Below the pieces are notes generated by a model, which saw only the letters and a program-made list of their open reading frames with translations, was not told the origin of the DNA and made no database searches. A stretch of DNA of 64,000 nt from Alloascoidea hylecoeti. Its lineage: Eukaryota. Positions within the stretch are counted from its first letter, which is position 1; every line of letters begins with the position of its first letter. Below are positions 12,882-26,628 of the stretch, piece after piece. The translations under genes and the position numbers were made by a program. Where the stretch lies: positions 620,001 to 684,000 of the forward strand of contig BCKZ01000008.1 of NCBI GenBank assembly GCA_001600815.1, written 5' to 3'.

Positions 12882-13070
12882 TTGATATAACCTTTTATTT
12901 ATTTACGTTTGTTATTTATCGCGGTTGACAATGTTTTGTTGTTCAATGCAGTTTTTAATAAGAATAAATGTTCTGATGGTGGGTGTACGGGTGTGTGATT
13001 TGTGTAGATAGGTTGTGACGGGGTAACTGAGAACTTACCAATACTGTATTCACTCCATATTCATAGTCAG

Positions 13071-14364
13071 ATGAGGTTCTCAAATCCCATGTTGTGTTTT
13101 CTGATTGTTATCCTTTATGCTACCGCAAGTCAAGCTCTACGTGAGATAACAATGGAGGATATGAATAACATCAATTTTAATATAGAAAAAATCAAACAGT
13201 CCATGCTTATGGCCATTTTTTCGGATGATATTGAGCTTTGTGTAAGTATCATATGAATATACTATAGCGCTCATAATTAATAATTGCATTAATTGATAAT
13301 TTTTAAAAAAAAGTTGCAAGCTTTGGAGAATTGTTACTGTCATTCAAGTCCATATATTAAAAAGAATATTGTTGTTGAAGAAGATCATAATTACTGTGAA
13401 ATATCTGCGTGGTGTATTAAAAAGATTGAAGTGAGTCTAACCTACCTATCATAATTTGGAACCTCAATTAATAATCTAGAACTATCTAAGTTTCTATATA
13501 TTTTACACATTCAAGTAAATTAATAACTAATATAATTAGGCTCGATTAGAAGAGAGTGTCGTTCAAGATCTTTTATTTGATTTGAAAAATGGTTTTATTG
13601 AATGTCCTAGGTCCATCCATACTGATCGAATGCAATTTAATGAACATATTCTGAAACTAAAAGAATCATATGTGACATTATCTGAAATAAAAAGTGATAC
13701 CAAATTTCAATTCAATTCAGAATCAAAAACGGACGATGAGAAAGAAAAAGGATCTGAAACTTTGCATCATGCTATGATTAAAAGAGATCTAGAGAAATTT
13801 GAAGATAATACCTCAACTGCTGATAAGGATATTGAAACCAATTCTAATGGAAGTCCATATGATACCGATTATGACCAACTTGATATCGATTATGATCAAC
13901 CTGATTCCAATTATGAAGATAATATTAATATGAAGGAATCCAAAAGTATTATCGATAATGAAAGTCCATATGACACCGAATATGATCAACTTGATTCCAA
14001 TTATGAAGATGATATTAATATGAAGGAATCTGAAAGTATTCTCAATCGTGAAACTGAGATACCACGTTCTGAAATTCAATCTAGGTATTCAGAATGTTCT
14101 TCCACCATAACTTCTAATATTATCACCACCACCGCTACTACTTACAAGTACAGCCCTCCAGGTACTTCTCAATACATTTATAAGCATACTTCAAGTTTCA
14201 TGTCATATATTTCCCCACCTCATGGAGGTAAAGCGAGACCAAAACCAAATCCCAGGCCTACATCGGGGTCTCTTGGGTATGAATCTTTTAAAAACCTTAC
14301 CAAGCTCAACGTTCTTGCAACTTTCACCACTATTTTGATCGCAAATATTTTGTTTTACCTTTGA
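13071..14364 (+). CDS. Orphan secreted, probably GPI-anchored surface protein; exons 13071-13241, 13314-13430, 13540-14364
   Basis: N-terminal signal peptide, Cys-containing domain, acidic tandem repeats, S/T-rich stalk and hydrophobic C-terminus (VLATFTTILIANILFYL). GTAAGT and GTGAGT donors join the exons in phase 0. Confidence 0.7.
13846..14046 (+). repeat. Intragenic tandem repeat (111 + 90 nt units)
   Basis: NGSPYDTDYDQLD(IDYDQPD)SNYEDNINMKESKSI versus NESPYDTEYDQLDSNYEDDINMKESESI; near-identical DNA. Confidence 0.9.
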
Positions 14365-17300
14365 ACTAATACTCCTTATAATAATTATTACCCGTGGCCT
14401 ATTGTAATATGTTTATATTATAATTAGTTTCGATGCTTTTTTGAAATCAAGCTATATTTATATAATCATTAAAAATTCGCTTATATTGAATTATTTGTCT
14501 ACCAAACTTTCGTTTAATATAGTTAACATTAATCTAGCGCTACCACTCTCTCGAATATAACAAATATTAATGCTAACATTTTCACAAGTGTTCTAACTAA
14601 AAACTCCGAAGCTGGTCTCCGCTACATCATTTATATAAAATAATTGTAGTCAAATCCCCAAACCTTCTTGATATGGGATCGATCACATACTTGTTCTCTC
14701 CGCCTCCATCGTCTCGATCTCTATAATCTCCTCCAATATATAATATAGACATATAAGTTTATCCTGCCTCATTTTCGTATGAGATTATATTCCAGTAATT
14801 TATGCTGGAATCGGGTATCCTCATTGAGATCTAGCATGTTATGTATGGCATTGTATGCCCTTATGATCAAAAAAAGTTTCTTGGGAGAATCTTTATTATT
14901 TAAAACGTGTTGCTCAACAGTAAACTAAGACAATAAAGTAAAGTATCAAGGTATGAAGATTAAATTATGTAACTAATAAGTCTGAAGTTATATCTCCTGT
15001 ATCGACCAAATATAAGCATTTTGCTAGCAATATGGGAACTAATATTAATTATATTAATTAAATAATGGCATTCGCAGTTTAGCGCTTGTAAATAACGCAA
15101 AATTGATTGAATTCATATGTATATAAGTTATATATAAATCTAAAAAGGAAGGATCGGAGGAAGACCCATTTATATGTCTTTATCAATAAACAGAGTAAAT
15201 AGAAAACCAAGTAGGAAATGAGTGGCCAAATCATAATGGCGGACGATTAACTGCAATGATTAATATTGGGTATAAATTTAGAGGTTTTAAGAATGGAACA
15301 AAAGGGGAAAATCTGGGAAAAGGCCCGTGCCTACAAATCTCCTGGAAATTGATGATAAATTTATGAATGGACCAAGAGACAAATGGAAGACCAAGAAGCA
15401 TAAGATTGATTGTGTGAGTATTTCTTTGTAATGTAATATATCCCGTATATGGTATATGCATAGAAAGCATATAGATAATGATAACGATCCTATATAGCTA
15501 GGATATCACGATCAGTAAGGCTATGATACAACTATAGTAGCTATAGCTCTAGAGCTAGTCAAAACCAAATACACAAATATTAACATTCACTTTAGCAAAC
15601 AACCTTATATAAGAATTAATTTTAAATTTAGTATATAAAAATCATGATCGTATTCATATAATTAATTTAATTATGCACATACATGACTATTATATATTTG
15701 GCTTCTTATAATCATTTGATCATAATAGCTGTTTATGTTTCGGGATATTTACCACATTTACACCAATATATAGATACTTTAACCACGTATACCGGTACCG
15801 GTACCATATAGCAAATCATAGATTATAGCGATAACCTTGTTTGATACCTTTATCAAAATAAAATCTATTTAAATGATTATTTATATAACTTTGGGCATTA
15901 TGCTTACAATCATGAAGATCATTATTATGAATCTATTTATGATCACGATCCGAAGGAGAGGGGAGGAGGATCAACATTTCAAAACCCCAATTGCATGCTT
16001 TAACTAATTTATATTCCCTTATTCCCTTACATTTCTAATATTTCTATGTAATTGTACTAGCTCTTCCGGATGAAAGTAGTCCGTGGCTATCCTTCAGCTA
16101 ATATGTCTCACTTGTATTAATTATTGTAATTGATAATACAGGAAATTCTGTTATTGTAGCTAGAGCGATAAAGTTGAATTCTAAATCAATAAATTGTGGT
16201 GATTCGAATTTTACATAATATAACCATAAAATATAGTATTATAGAGTTTTAATTAAGGCAATATTAATATATATATATATAGGTACTTATATAAGGCCTT
16301 ATAGCAATTGCTTTGCAAATATTACTATTTGCTATTAAAATCCTAAAATTTATATCTAAAGTATCATGAATGGTTATTAGAACTTATTACTAGTTATAAA
16401 ACAAATTCTTTAATTTTATATATTAATTATTATATAATTACAATTAGCACTCTCTTTTCATTTGTTTATATTTCCTCCACTAGATCTTCATTATAATTAC
16501 AAATGCCTTAATTACTTGGAATCCTGATAACTAGTATTTGCTGCAATTTTAAAAACAAAAAAGCCTTAACTGTAGAAAATTCTTCAGACCTAGTTAAATA
16601 ATAAATATATATTGTTTAGATTTCCATTTTTAAATCCCTGGACGATAATGTGAAGGAAGGAATAATACGTTTAGAAGTGATTGCTCTAAAAATAACACTC
16701 ACATAATTAATATTATATCGCGATTGTAATATATAGCTAGTAAAAAAACAACTACATGTATAGCTAAGTAATCAGTATACATTCAATAATTAAAATCCAA
16801 ACATTCTTAAAGTTTGTAATTGAACCTATATTATAAATTTGATGGTGTAAGTCTCCTCTTATACATTGAAAACTAAAACTTACCTTCTCTATTTCATTGG
16901 GATCGGGGTTATTGCGCTTGTGTCAAAAGTTATCAGATCCTTACACTGTGGCTTGAATGTATAGTTATTAAAACAAGGTATAATTATTTGGTCTCATTCA
17001 ATTCTTCCGGCCATAATTCCACGTGTGCTTGGGTCGCAATTGCAATTAACTTTCATCCGGATTAATATTTTTCACGATCGATATAAACTTTATAGCTAAA
17101 ACACTAGTTGTAAATTATCCTATTTGGTCGTGTTTGAGTACATGAGTGAAAATTTCTCTAGGGAAATTGCGCTTAGAATTAATTATATACCCATAAATAT
17201 TTATAATTAAGCTCAAGAACTTTCATATCCCGATTACCATATTCTTAATTATATTAATATTATTCTGTCAATGTACCCTCTTCAGCTTATCTCCTGATAG

Positions 17301-20270
17301 CTACACTAAGGTGCTTAGTTGCAATAGTAACAACGGATAGATCATTTAACCATATAGGGTATCTTTATGCATATATATAACTTTATAACATTAAAGAGCG
17401 CGGCTTTCTTCCTTGCGTATTTTTATTAATTATAGATGGTTACAATTGGTCATACAACATTGCCATTTATAACTTTATAACCATTACCAAGATTCTTATG
17501 TATAAATTTAAAGGATTTTGATAAACATAGAAGAAAATGCAATCCAAAATGTTTTTAAGTTTGCGTATTAACATCGTTTGCATAATTTGGAATTTGTACA
17601 TTATATGTTGTAATTTTTGTATTAGCTTTGACTATAATTATATTAATCAGAAGTGGCTAACTAGCTGGCTATTTGGTATTGTAAGGTTAGGTTATTAATT
17701 AATATTCATCTCGAATGTAAATACTACTGCTGCAGGGATGGTCCAAATGTTTCAATTGCAACTAATAATTATGGAAGGTAACATTAAGAATTTAAGATAG
17801 AAATATTACAGCTACTACCAGCTAAATATATGAATGCTCCATTCATGTTTGTATTTTGTGATCGTATTTTATATAATTATAATGTTTTTATTATATATGA
17901 TATATAATGCTGGAAAAATTTTAAGTTTGTTGAACTGCATCTTGAGCTTTTCAAAACTAAATTTAAAAGAAATATTTTCTTTCTTAGTAATATTGATACT
18001 TTAATATAACTTATAATTATATGTTGTCATATTTATGTATATTGTATAGACTATAATTTTGATGTAATTACTAATGAAATTGATTTTAAGAATATAAGTT
18101 ACATGATAGATATCGATATCGACTATATGTAGGTCCTTAAGCTCCTCAACTTTAATTTACAGTATTATATTTTATATCTATAGATTAATAGAAGTTTCAA
18201 TCGCAGTACTAATGTTAGCTTACTATGGCTATAGAAACTAACCATATTAATATCAATGTAACAAGACTTATAATAAATAAAATTTGTGATATAATTAATC
18301 GCGACAAAATATTATATCTATCTATACCGGCGCTTAGCGTAAATAACGGATTATAATTAAAATACTTGTATGAAGTTACGTTACCAGTATTTTAAAAACT
18401 TACTATGGCTTGTTAAATGTTTCAATCAGATATCAACAGATTCAACACTCATTTTCAGGCTTATAATATCAATTAACTATAAACTACTCGTTAATGTTAT
18501 AAAATTATTATGCATCATATGCATTTATATCATTTGAAACTACATGATCTACATCTGCAACTGAAAAGATATATCGATCGATAATGATTTTACAGCTAAT
18601 TATATTATTTGAATTCGAATTACAGCTCTGGTTGTAAATATCAAACATTAAGATCCAGATGAGATGCTTTTGTTTAATCCAAGTGGATGAAACATGATGA
18701 GATATAATTCGAAGTGCATTTTTTAGTGGGTGAAAAAAAGCATGGTGAACATTAATGCACCCTAGTTATACATTTACCGGTAACGGTAGTAAATCATAGT
18801 TGAATACACAACGTTAACCATGGCAAGATATAGTCTACAATTAGTGTATGGATCTAGAGTTATCTGGATCGAAATGATAGATCTCATATAAAGTGAGATG
18901 GAGTGCATGTGTGATAAATTGATAATTACTATTAATTAACTATAGCTCACGTTATTGGGTCGGATTGCTGCTTCTTGTGTTTAAATCTATATTACATTTT
19001 TAAATATTGTATACATATCAATATTATATTAACTAGAACTAATACGATTGGAACTTGAAAGCTTATACTACATGTATATAAATTATACTAAAGCTGAAAT
19101 ATTATATTCAATTAAGTAGTAAAGATTGCAATCGATTATATCATACGCCTAGGCGGAGTAGGCGTATTAATAATTTTATTTGTATCTACCCGTATACATT
19201 TCAATCTAAATAGATAATTAATGTATATATTTTATTCTTTACTTTTATAATTTTAAATGCTGAGGATATACGATAAATAAATACACAAGGTAAAACTATT
19301 TTTGGGCCATGAATATGGATCCTAATAATTTTCACATAATACCCTATATTTATTATATAATTGAATCTACATTTATAAATTTAGCTGTAAAGTGTAAACC
19401 AATGGCCACGGTAACTGAAAGGAAGAATATGGTTAGTTGTGTTAAGTTATCTATAACCTTATAAGTTTTGCACCCATAAAAATTTCATAAGAACTTAAAA
19501 CACACACACACACAATTGCTAAGAGAGAGCTCAGCTAGTATTCATATATGGCTGCGAATAAACACATCCGATCCTGATACGGATTTATTAGCAACATATT
19601 AAATACAAAGGCTAATCTTAATTCAATAACTCCTATCTCTAATAACGTAAAAACAACAACATATAACTTCCGTATTATTAATCTTAATCAGAATGTTACG
19701 ATTTTTCTGAGAATCTGAACTTTTTGATTCTAGTTCAACAAAACAACAATCATAAACCAATAAATCACCTAATTGATAAATTAAGGTTAAAAATGAACAC
19801 ATAGAAGGAATAATCAACTATATCGCGAATTAAAATTAAAGAATATAATAGAAGAATAGCGGATTAATTCGACAGCAATTAAATACGATACTGCAATCCT
19901 AGTAGCTTAATTTGTATATATTATACCGGTATATATAGATCTATACCACCAATTATCTATATAAATTTATATATCTATATTATACTGTGATTAGTTGCAA
20001 GTGATTCCAGCTATAATATATATTCACTATGCCGACTATTTGCAACTTGTATCTGGTTTAAAACATAGTTATAGCAAATTACTATATATTCTAAATACCT
20101 GCACATATATATATGCATTAAATGGAGAGCTAAGTAGCAGGAATGTGAAAAATGGCTTTTTGTAAACCTATAGTTGAAGATACTAGATAATAACTTCTAG
20201 AGGTAAATACTAACTATACATTTTAAGTAAAACATCCAAGTTGGCGTTATACAACAAAACTTACAAGTCA

Positions 20271-20908
20271 AACCTCATTATGATCGTCTCAATTGCCCTA
20301 CTGCAAGATTAATTATTTGGAAAGAACAATTTTTTTAATGTTTATTTAAAGGAAATTAATGAACAATGATTCTCATAGCTGAACTTCAAAATAAAATTTT
20401 CAAATGTAGCAATTTCTTACAAGATGCATTTGAGTGAGATGAAGTAAGACATCCTATTTGGCGCTCTGGCTAGTAGAATATAAGGCCTTATATCCAACTT
20501 CATGATGATCATTTAAATTGACCTACCGCAATATTAATATTTTAGAATGGAAATTTTTTTAATGTTGATTTAATATTGATTTAATATTGATTTAATATTA
20601 ATTCTCAATTTCTCATGGCTAAACTGCAAAATGAATTTCCATGTGTATGATGCGTTTTATCATGTAAGATCTAACATATATAACTTATGGTATATCTGCC
20701 ATGAGAGTGTGAAAAATATAGAGAATAGTACTCAAACTTAGTATGGTATAGACAGCATTAGACGCTCTAGATATAAACCTTTATAGTGTGTACGGAAACA
20801 ACACCTTGGCAATGGCACAATAACCTGCAAACTAAAGGTTTTAAACCAATCGTTCATGATCATGAATCAAGATATTAATCTTTTGTAAGATGCATTTGAC
20901 TGAGATGA
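20271..20908. repeat. Degenerate ~225 bp tandem repeat in the gene desert
   Basis: AACCTCATTATGATCGTCTCAATTGCCCTACTGCAAGATTAAT (20271) aligns with AACTTCATGATGATCATTTAAATTGACCTACCGCAATATTAAT (20496). AAGATGCATTTGA.TGAGATGA occurs at ~20422 and ~20887. Confidence 0.7.
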
Positions 20909-22276
20909 GCATGCAGACCCTGACCTTTTCTTAAGTCATCGCATTACTTGGATTCTAGAACTGGAGCTAGATATAGCCTATATAGAATTATAGCATGCGG
21001 TATATATTTTGAAAATTTGAACGGTACTTATGAGGACTGGAAGGTGCTAGAGCCGCTAGACTTTTTACAGATATTATTTCGGTATTGTACTGTTGTGATG
21101 AGAAGTCTGGCCAAGTTACGAGTCTCATATACGTAACTTGTCGAATGTTGTCCTAGAGTTTTCTTTAAATTGAAAATGAATGGCGCTACTTATACAATAA
21201 GTTACGTACCGACCGTGTGGGATCAACCGTGTCTTCTAAAATTTGTGCCTTTTATAGTTTCTGGGCCTTTTGGTTTTGGTATATGGTGTTTGTTATGGAG
21301 CTAGGTATTTTAAAAAGTTAAGTTTTACGGGGTATGAAATTTCGAGATTATTTTATGAACTCACGGTTGGAGCAAAGCTCACACGATACATTTGGTAATT
21401 ATCTGACATACTACGTTAGGCTCGAGAAACTACTGAGCTAGAAAAGGCTCTGATATATAAGTTACATAGAATAGATATTCCATGTAGTGGTATTTCTCTC
21501 GCGATGGATACTCTAGATCTTATAAAACCTTATACTGATTCGTAGAAGGCTTAGGTTATCTACAATGCAGTTATTAATTTCAAGGGTTTTACTGACAGGA
21601 TCCTGTTGTCTAGAGGTATTGGAAATACTCTTCAAACTTTTTATACTTAGTTAATTCTCTTTAAATTTGTCATATATTTAAAGGCACAGACGGGGTCGAT
21701 TCCACCACCAGATGCTCTAGAACTAAAGTAAACTGAATGTATACAACTTACCTGATCATGATGATATGTTGGCGATGTTTTATGAGATGTTACATTTGCA
21801 TATATATTATTTATTTGTTAATATATTATTTATTTTTTAATATTTTATTGATTAGAACATCTTTAAGTTACAGCCATTGGAAAAATATATGCAAAAATAT
21901 CTCTGGTAAGTGTATTAAATAATATATATAATATGGCAATGAAGGAGAAATTATAATTACTGTAGTTCCTTGCAGTTGTTTTTATAATATAATAAAGAGA
22001 AGGATTACGGTCATGAAATACAATGGATCTGCAGCAGCAAAATACAATCCAAAAGAAGAGTCTAGACAGCAGTCTGCGCTGGTTGTCCAGACACCCGACG
22101 AACCCGGAAAGGCGGCATCCCATTCTGCAATGCTGCAGCTGCAATGCTCTATCTGCACACCTGCATGTGGCTTCCCATTACAGTTTCCTACATTATAGTA
22201 TGATGTATAAAACGCAAGCGATTCCCTTCTCTTTCTTTTGATCCATCAATACACTCACATCTCAAATCACTCCACA

Positions 22277-22912
22277 ATGACCAACCACAACCGAACAGCC
22301 GGGTCTCAGCAAAACCTTGTAGATGACGACCCTACCAGAATCACTGTTTGGTACTGTTGTATGTGTGCTCAATATCATGGCGACCCTCCAAATAGATACG
22401 ACTGTTTAAGATGCAAACACATGATGTGCCCGTATTGTTTAAAGCAAAGAGCTGGTGACAAAATATCCGTCAATACCCCTTCTACACATCTACCTTCTCC
22501 ACTGGAACACCAGGATTACGAGTATAGTTATGGGGCAGGCTATTTCGCCTATTATACCGACCACTATCGTGCCCACGATGCTGCTGCTGCTCTAATAGCT
22601 AACTATACAAATACAGCTACAACTACTACGACCTCTAATGATATAAATGGACCTATGCAATACATGTTAACTTCTGGATCATCCTCCCTTTCAGTTAATA
22701 CTGATTCAGGAAGTGAAAATCAATCTTCGATAAGAGATTTTTCTCCCATTCCCTCTCCTTTAAATACGCATAGTCAACTCACTCAGGGAAGTAGAACAAA
22801 TATAAATCCCAGCATCAACAGGTCTAGAAGAAGATCCGAAATACACCACAACCTTGAGAATGAGGAATCAACTAAGGATCCAGCTATATTCTCTGGAATG
22901 ATACAGATATGA
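22277..22912 (+). CDS. Small Cys-rich putative zinc-binding protein with a disordered S/T-rich tail
   Basis: WYCCMC-x11-CLRCKHMMCPYC motif. TATA (TATAAAA) at ~22206; ATG at 22277 in an ACA-ATG context. Confidence 0.75.
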   Translation: MTNHNRTAGSQQNLVDDDPTRITVWYCCMCAQYHGDPPNRYDCLRCKHMMCPYCLKQRAGDKISVNTPSTHLPSPLEHQDYEYSYGAGYFAYYTDHYRAHDAAAALIANYTNTATTTTTSNDINGPMQYMLTSGSSSLSVNTDSGSENQSSIRDFSPIPSPLNTHSQLTQGSRTNINPSINRSRRRSEIHHNLENEESTKDPAIFSGMIQI

Positions 22913-25900
22913 GAAATGGTTTTGAATTTCTATTAATGAACCTTTTTAATACAACTATTGCTATTACTATTATTACTACGAAACAATGCAAAGGCTTAGC
23001 AATATTTCTTAATATCAATAATTAATCTTGAACCACTGCTATCAACTTGTCTATAACAATATTGATCTTTTATTATTATCATTATTATATTACTATCATT
23101 TTTTTACAAATTGTTAATTTATCTTGTGGGGCGCATACAAATAAAAAGAAACTTATGAATATGAGTAATTTTGCAAAATTACCTTAAACTTGTTTAATTT
23201 GACTTTTCACATCTTTTTTTATTATGATGTCTATGGGACTTTTTTTAATTTTTTCTTTTGAATCTTTTATATTTTTATCATCAATTACATCTACAATTTA
23301 TCGGCATGACTGTCTTCCTATAAAATCATTTGCATAGCTGTTTTTCTTTCTTATTTTTTTTTTCTTTCATAATTTTTACCCCTGTTATCTTGAACATCAA
23401 ATTTTCTAAAGTTAAATTACAAACTGTAATTAGTCAATCAATTCCGTTCCAATCTTAAAAAGATATTATTAGAACTACATGTATAGATTTATTTATTTTC
23501 CTTTCATCTCATTTGTTGTTGTTGCCGTTGTTATTGTGTACACCTTGGATTACATAGAGATTTTACTTATAAATATATCTTCCATCATTTTTTTAACTTT
23601 TTTGGAGTACTGTAATCGAAGACTCCACGTGATTGCCACAATTAGGTAAGCGGACTGCTATTACATTTGAATGTGATGCATGTTTTCCTTTTTGGATGTT
23701 TAGGGTTCTGGGCATGTCTAGGCCTAAGACTAGACTTTGGGTGTAAACGAGCGGCATCCCGATCGGTTCAAAATTAAATAATTGTGCACATTGCACAAGC
23801 AATGCTTTTAGGGGTCATGTGATCTATTTGAGTAAGTAATAGCTAAGTATTCTATCTATACCTGGTGTTCTTTCTGAATGTCATAATATTCAACAACATT
23901 TTAAATATAACTATTCAGATTCAAATTTTATGTTTTTCATATATTGTAAGGATATTTTTAGCCTAGCTTGCAATTTTACTTTTCTCTCCTTCTATTTTCA
24001 AAAAATGCAAGTGAACGAATCTGTCAAGCATAACTGTGGAGAATATTAAAATATATTTCAATATAACTTATTGTTAATCGCATAATATTAACATTACATT
24101 CACACATAGAAAAATATTGATATTATGAAAAACATATGTAGTCGTAATAAAATTGGCTCAAATTTGCAATTCTATTATTTTTATTCAAATTTACATAATT
24201 ATCGATATCTGTCAGTGAAATATGTTTTAATTTGTATTGTTTCGTTTGACATATTAAACTGGTTGAACTTAAGGTATTTCTAACTTACCTACGTTATATA
24301 CACGTGCACGCCCTAGGCATTGATAACATTTCCCCCCTCTTAATTACATTAATTATTAATTATTAATATATAGGCCTATATGTGAAAACTTTTCAAATAT
24401 ATGGTGATTCTTTTTCTCGGGCCAATACAAATATATTAATATTATTATGTATGGGTGTCCCTTTGCATATATTCAGAATTATACTATCCTAAAAAATTTA
24501 AAAAGAATTGTCATTAATATATATACTCTTCTAAAGTTGACATTATAAAGTAGTATTAATGTTGATCAAATGCTGGAATATATTCATTTTACACTACAAT
24601 TATATAGTTTATTAATATCATTCGTTAATAGCCTTAAGCTTGTATAGCTAGATATATAACTAGCTAGACAATATTTGTAAAAGATTGATAATTTCAACTA
24701 GCACAAAAAAATGGTAACTTGGAAGGTTCTAGCTGGATCAATGCCATACTGTGACCGAATGAGCTTAAGTTCAACAAAGCCTAGACTGTATAACAATTGT
24801 TGCGCCTGAGCTTCAAATGTTTTTGCTTTAAAGGATGCTCGTTGCCAGAAATGACTTTTTCACGGACATTATTGGTGGATATACGCCTAGCTAGAATATG
24901 GCCGGTTTAAACTTAAATTTAATTTGAAACGCAAGACAGATACCGATGTCTCTCTGCCAAACACCAAAACGCCTAGTCTTTGATAAAATCCCTCCTTATA
25001 ATTAATCTACAACCTGTCTCGGTTATCGTTGCAATTATATTTTACAATCCCAAAAGGAACTGCAACTGGTTAATTAATTATAATGCTTGCAATTGTTGTT
25101 CCATTACTGGTACTAAACATATATATAAACCCACAGACTTAAATGGATATATAATTGCATACCTGATATTTTCAATTGGTGATTGTTTCGAATTCTTTGT
25201 ATACTGGTATATTTTTCCAAGCTAAAATTACTCTAGACAACTATCCAATATCAATTCTGTATATATTATGGAAAAGATATTTTGAAATAATAACTCATAT
25301 CTTAATATATCCGAGATCTCAATCGTATAACATACATAACATACCCATATATATGTCCCTACTTACATTGCTATACCTATAGGCCTATAACAATTTCAAA
25401 TATCAATCGTGCACGTACCCGAAGCTATAGACACAGTATATTATATAAGTTACTGTGGCTGATTATCTTTGCAATTCCAATATGCTACAAATATACACTA
25501 ATCTAGCTAATTGGGGAGTGTTAAACTTGGGTATGGGCATCATATGGCACTCTTGTCTCTTGGGCAGTCGACAATTGCTTGCAAGAGGTCGTGCGACTTT
25601 TTGGCATAACTGGTTTCAATGGGCACTTTATTATTAATAAATTAAATAATATCAGAAGCGAAATGGTACGATCCTTAATTTATCTTCCCATTTTATCACC
25701 TCCGCGTCAACTCGGCCACGGAAAAATTATTAATATAGTTTTGGCTAAATTTGTACGTGTAAATAGAACAATCTCCGATTGAAAATGTGAGGTTATATAT
25801 ATCGGTATGATTACACAACTTGCAATTGATATAACTATCAATATTAGTAATGGATTTATAATTAGATACAGAAATATGAAATGTGTCTGAGTCAGGCACA

Positions 25901-26543
25901 TAACTGACATTTAGAAAAATATGCACCTATGCCATATATTCGTATATATGTCCGTAATACGTATACTTGTAAGTTAAGAGCAGTAGTAACATTGAAAGCA
26001 GATTATCTGTCAAACTAGCCATCGTACGTGTCTATTAAAATCAATTCTTGTAATTGCCTGTAATGTTCTAGATATGCTTTAAATTTTGCCATTGAAATTA
26101 GAATTGTTCAAATACAGTACCGTTTCAAAACGATGCGATGCGATATATAAGCTTATATAATATTTTAATTTCTATAGGTAAAGGATCCAAAACGATCTTA
26201 AGTATAAATTTATTGAAAATTTGAAATTGCTTTATTACTTAATGTTCATGAATACTGTGATGAATAGATCTAGAGAGTTGTGACTCAATTTGAGACCTTA
26301 AAGATTGTTTCATTAATGAGAGATGAAATGTTTATAGAAAAAGAATCGATCCTATAGCTATAGGTTGCAATTTCAGAGATTTAATAGAACGAGCTTCCTC
26401 ACGAAGAGGAACAGTTTTTTTATATACCTATACCTGATCCGGTTAATATTGCTTTACATAGTAATAATGTGGTTGGACAGACTGCACAGACGTGCCGCGG
26501 TCACGTGAGCGACTAACAACCCGTGAAAAAAAGTAAAAATAGA

Positions 26544-26628
26544 TCTCCTGGGGGTGAATCGAACACCCGATCTCAAGATAAACTTTTCCATTACAGTCTC
26601 GCGCCTTAGCCAACTGGGCCACCAGGAG
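26544..26628 (-). tRNA. tRNA-Tyr(GUA) with an 11-nt intron (26590-26580)
   Basis: CTCCTGGTGGCCCAGTTGGCTAAGGCGCGAGACTGTAA[tggaaaagttt]ATCTTGAGATCGGGTGTTCGATTCACCCCCAGGAGA forms a full cloverleaf and closely resembles yeast tRNA-Tyr. Confidence 0.96.

Noticed and set aside
22277..22912. Wor3-like white-opaque regulator
   Set aside because: The long upstream region is suggestive, but the Cys spacing does not match my recollection of the repeated CxxC-helix pattern of Wor3.
14365..26500. Short 60-93 aa ORFs and transposon or CRISPR remnants in the deserts
   Set aside because: Compositions reflect AT-rich noncoding DNA; no RT, integrase or transposase motifs and no regular repeat-spacer array were seen.
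26500..26508. GTCACGTGA as CDEI of a point centromere
   Set aside because: No CDEII/CDEIII arrangement follows; it lies beside a tRNA gene and is more likely an ordinary bHLH site.
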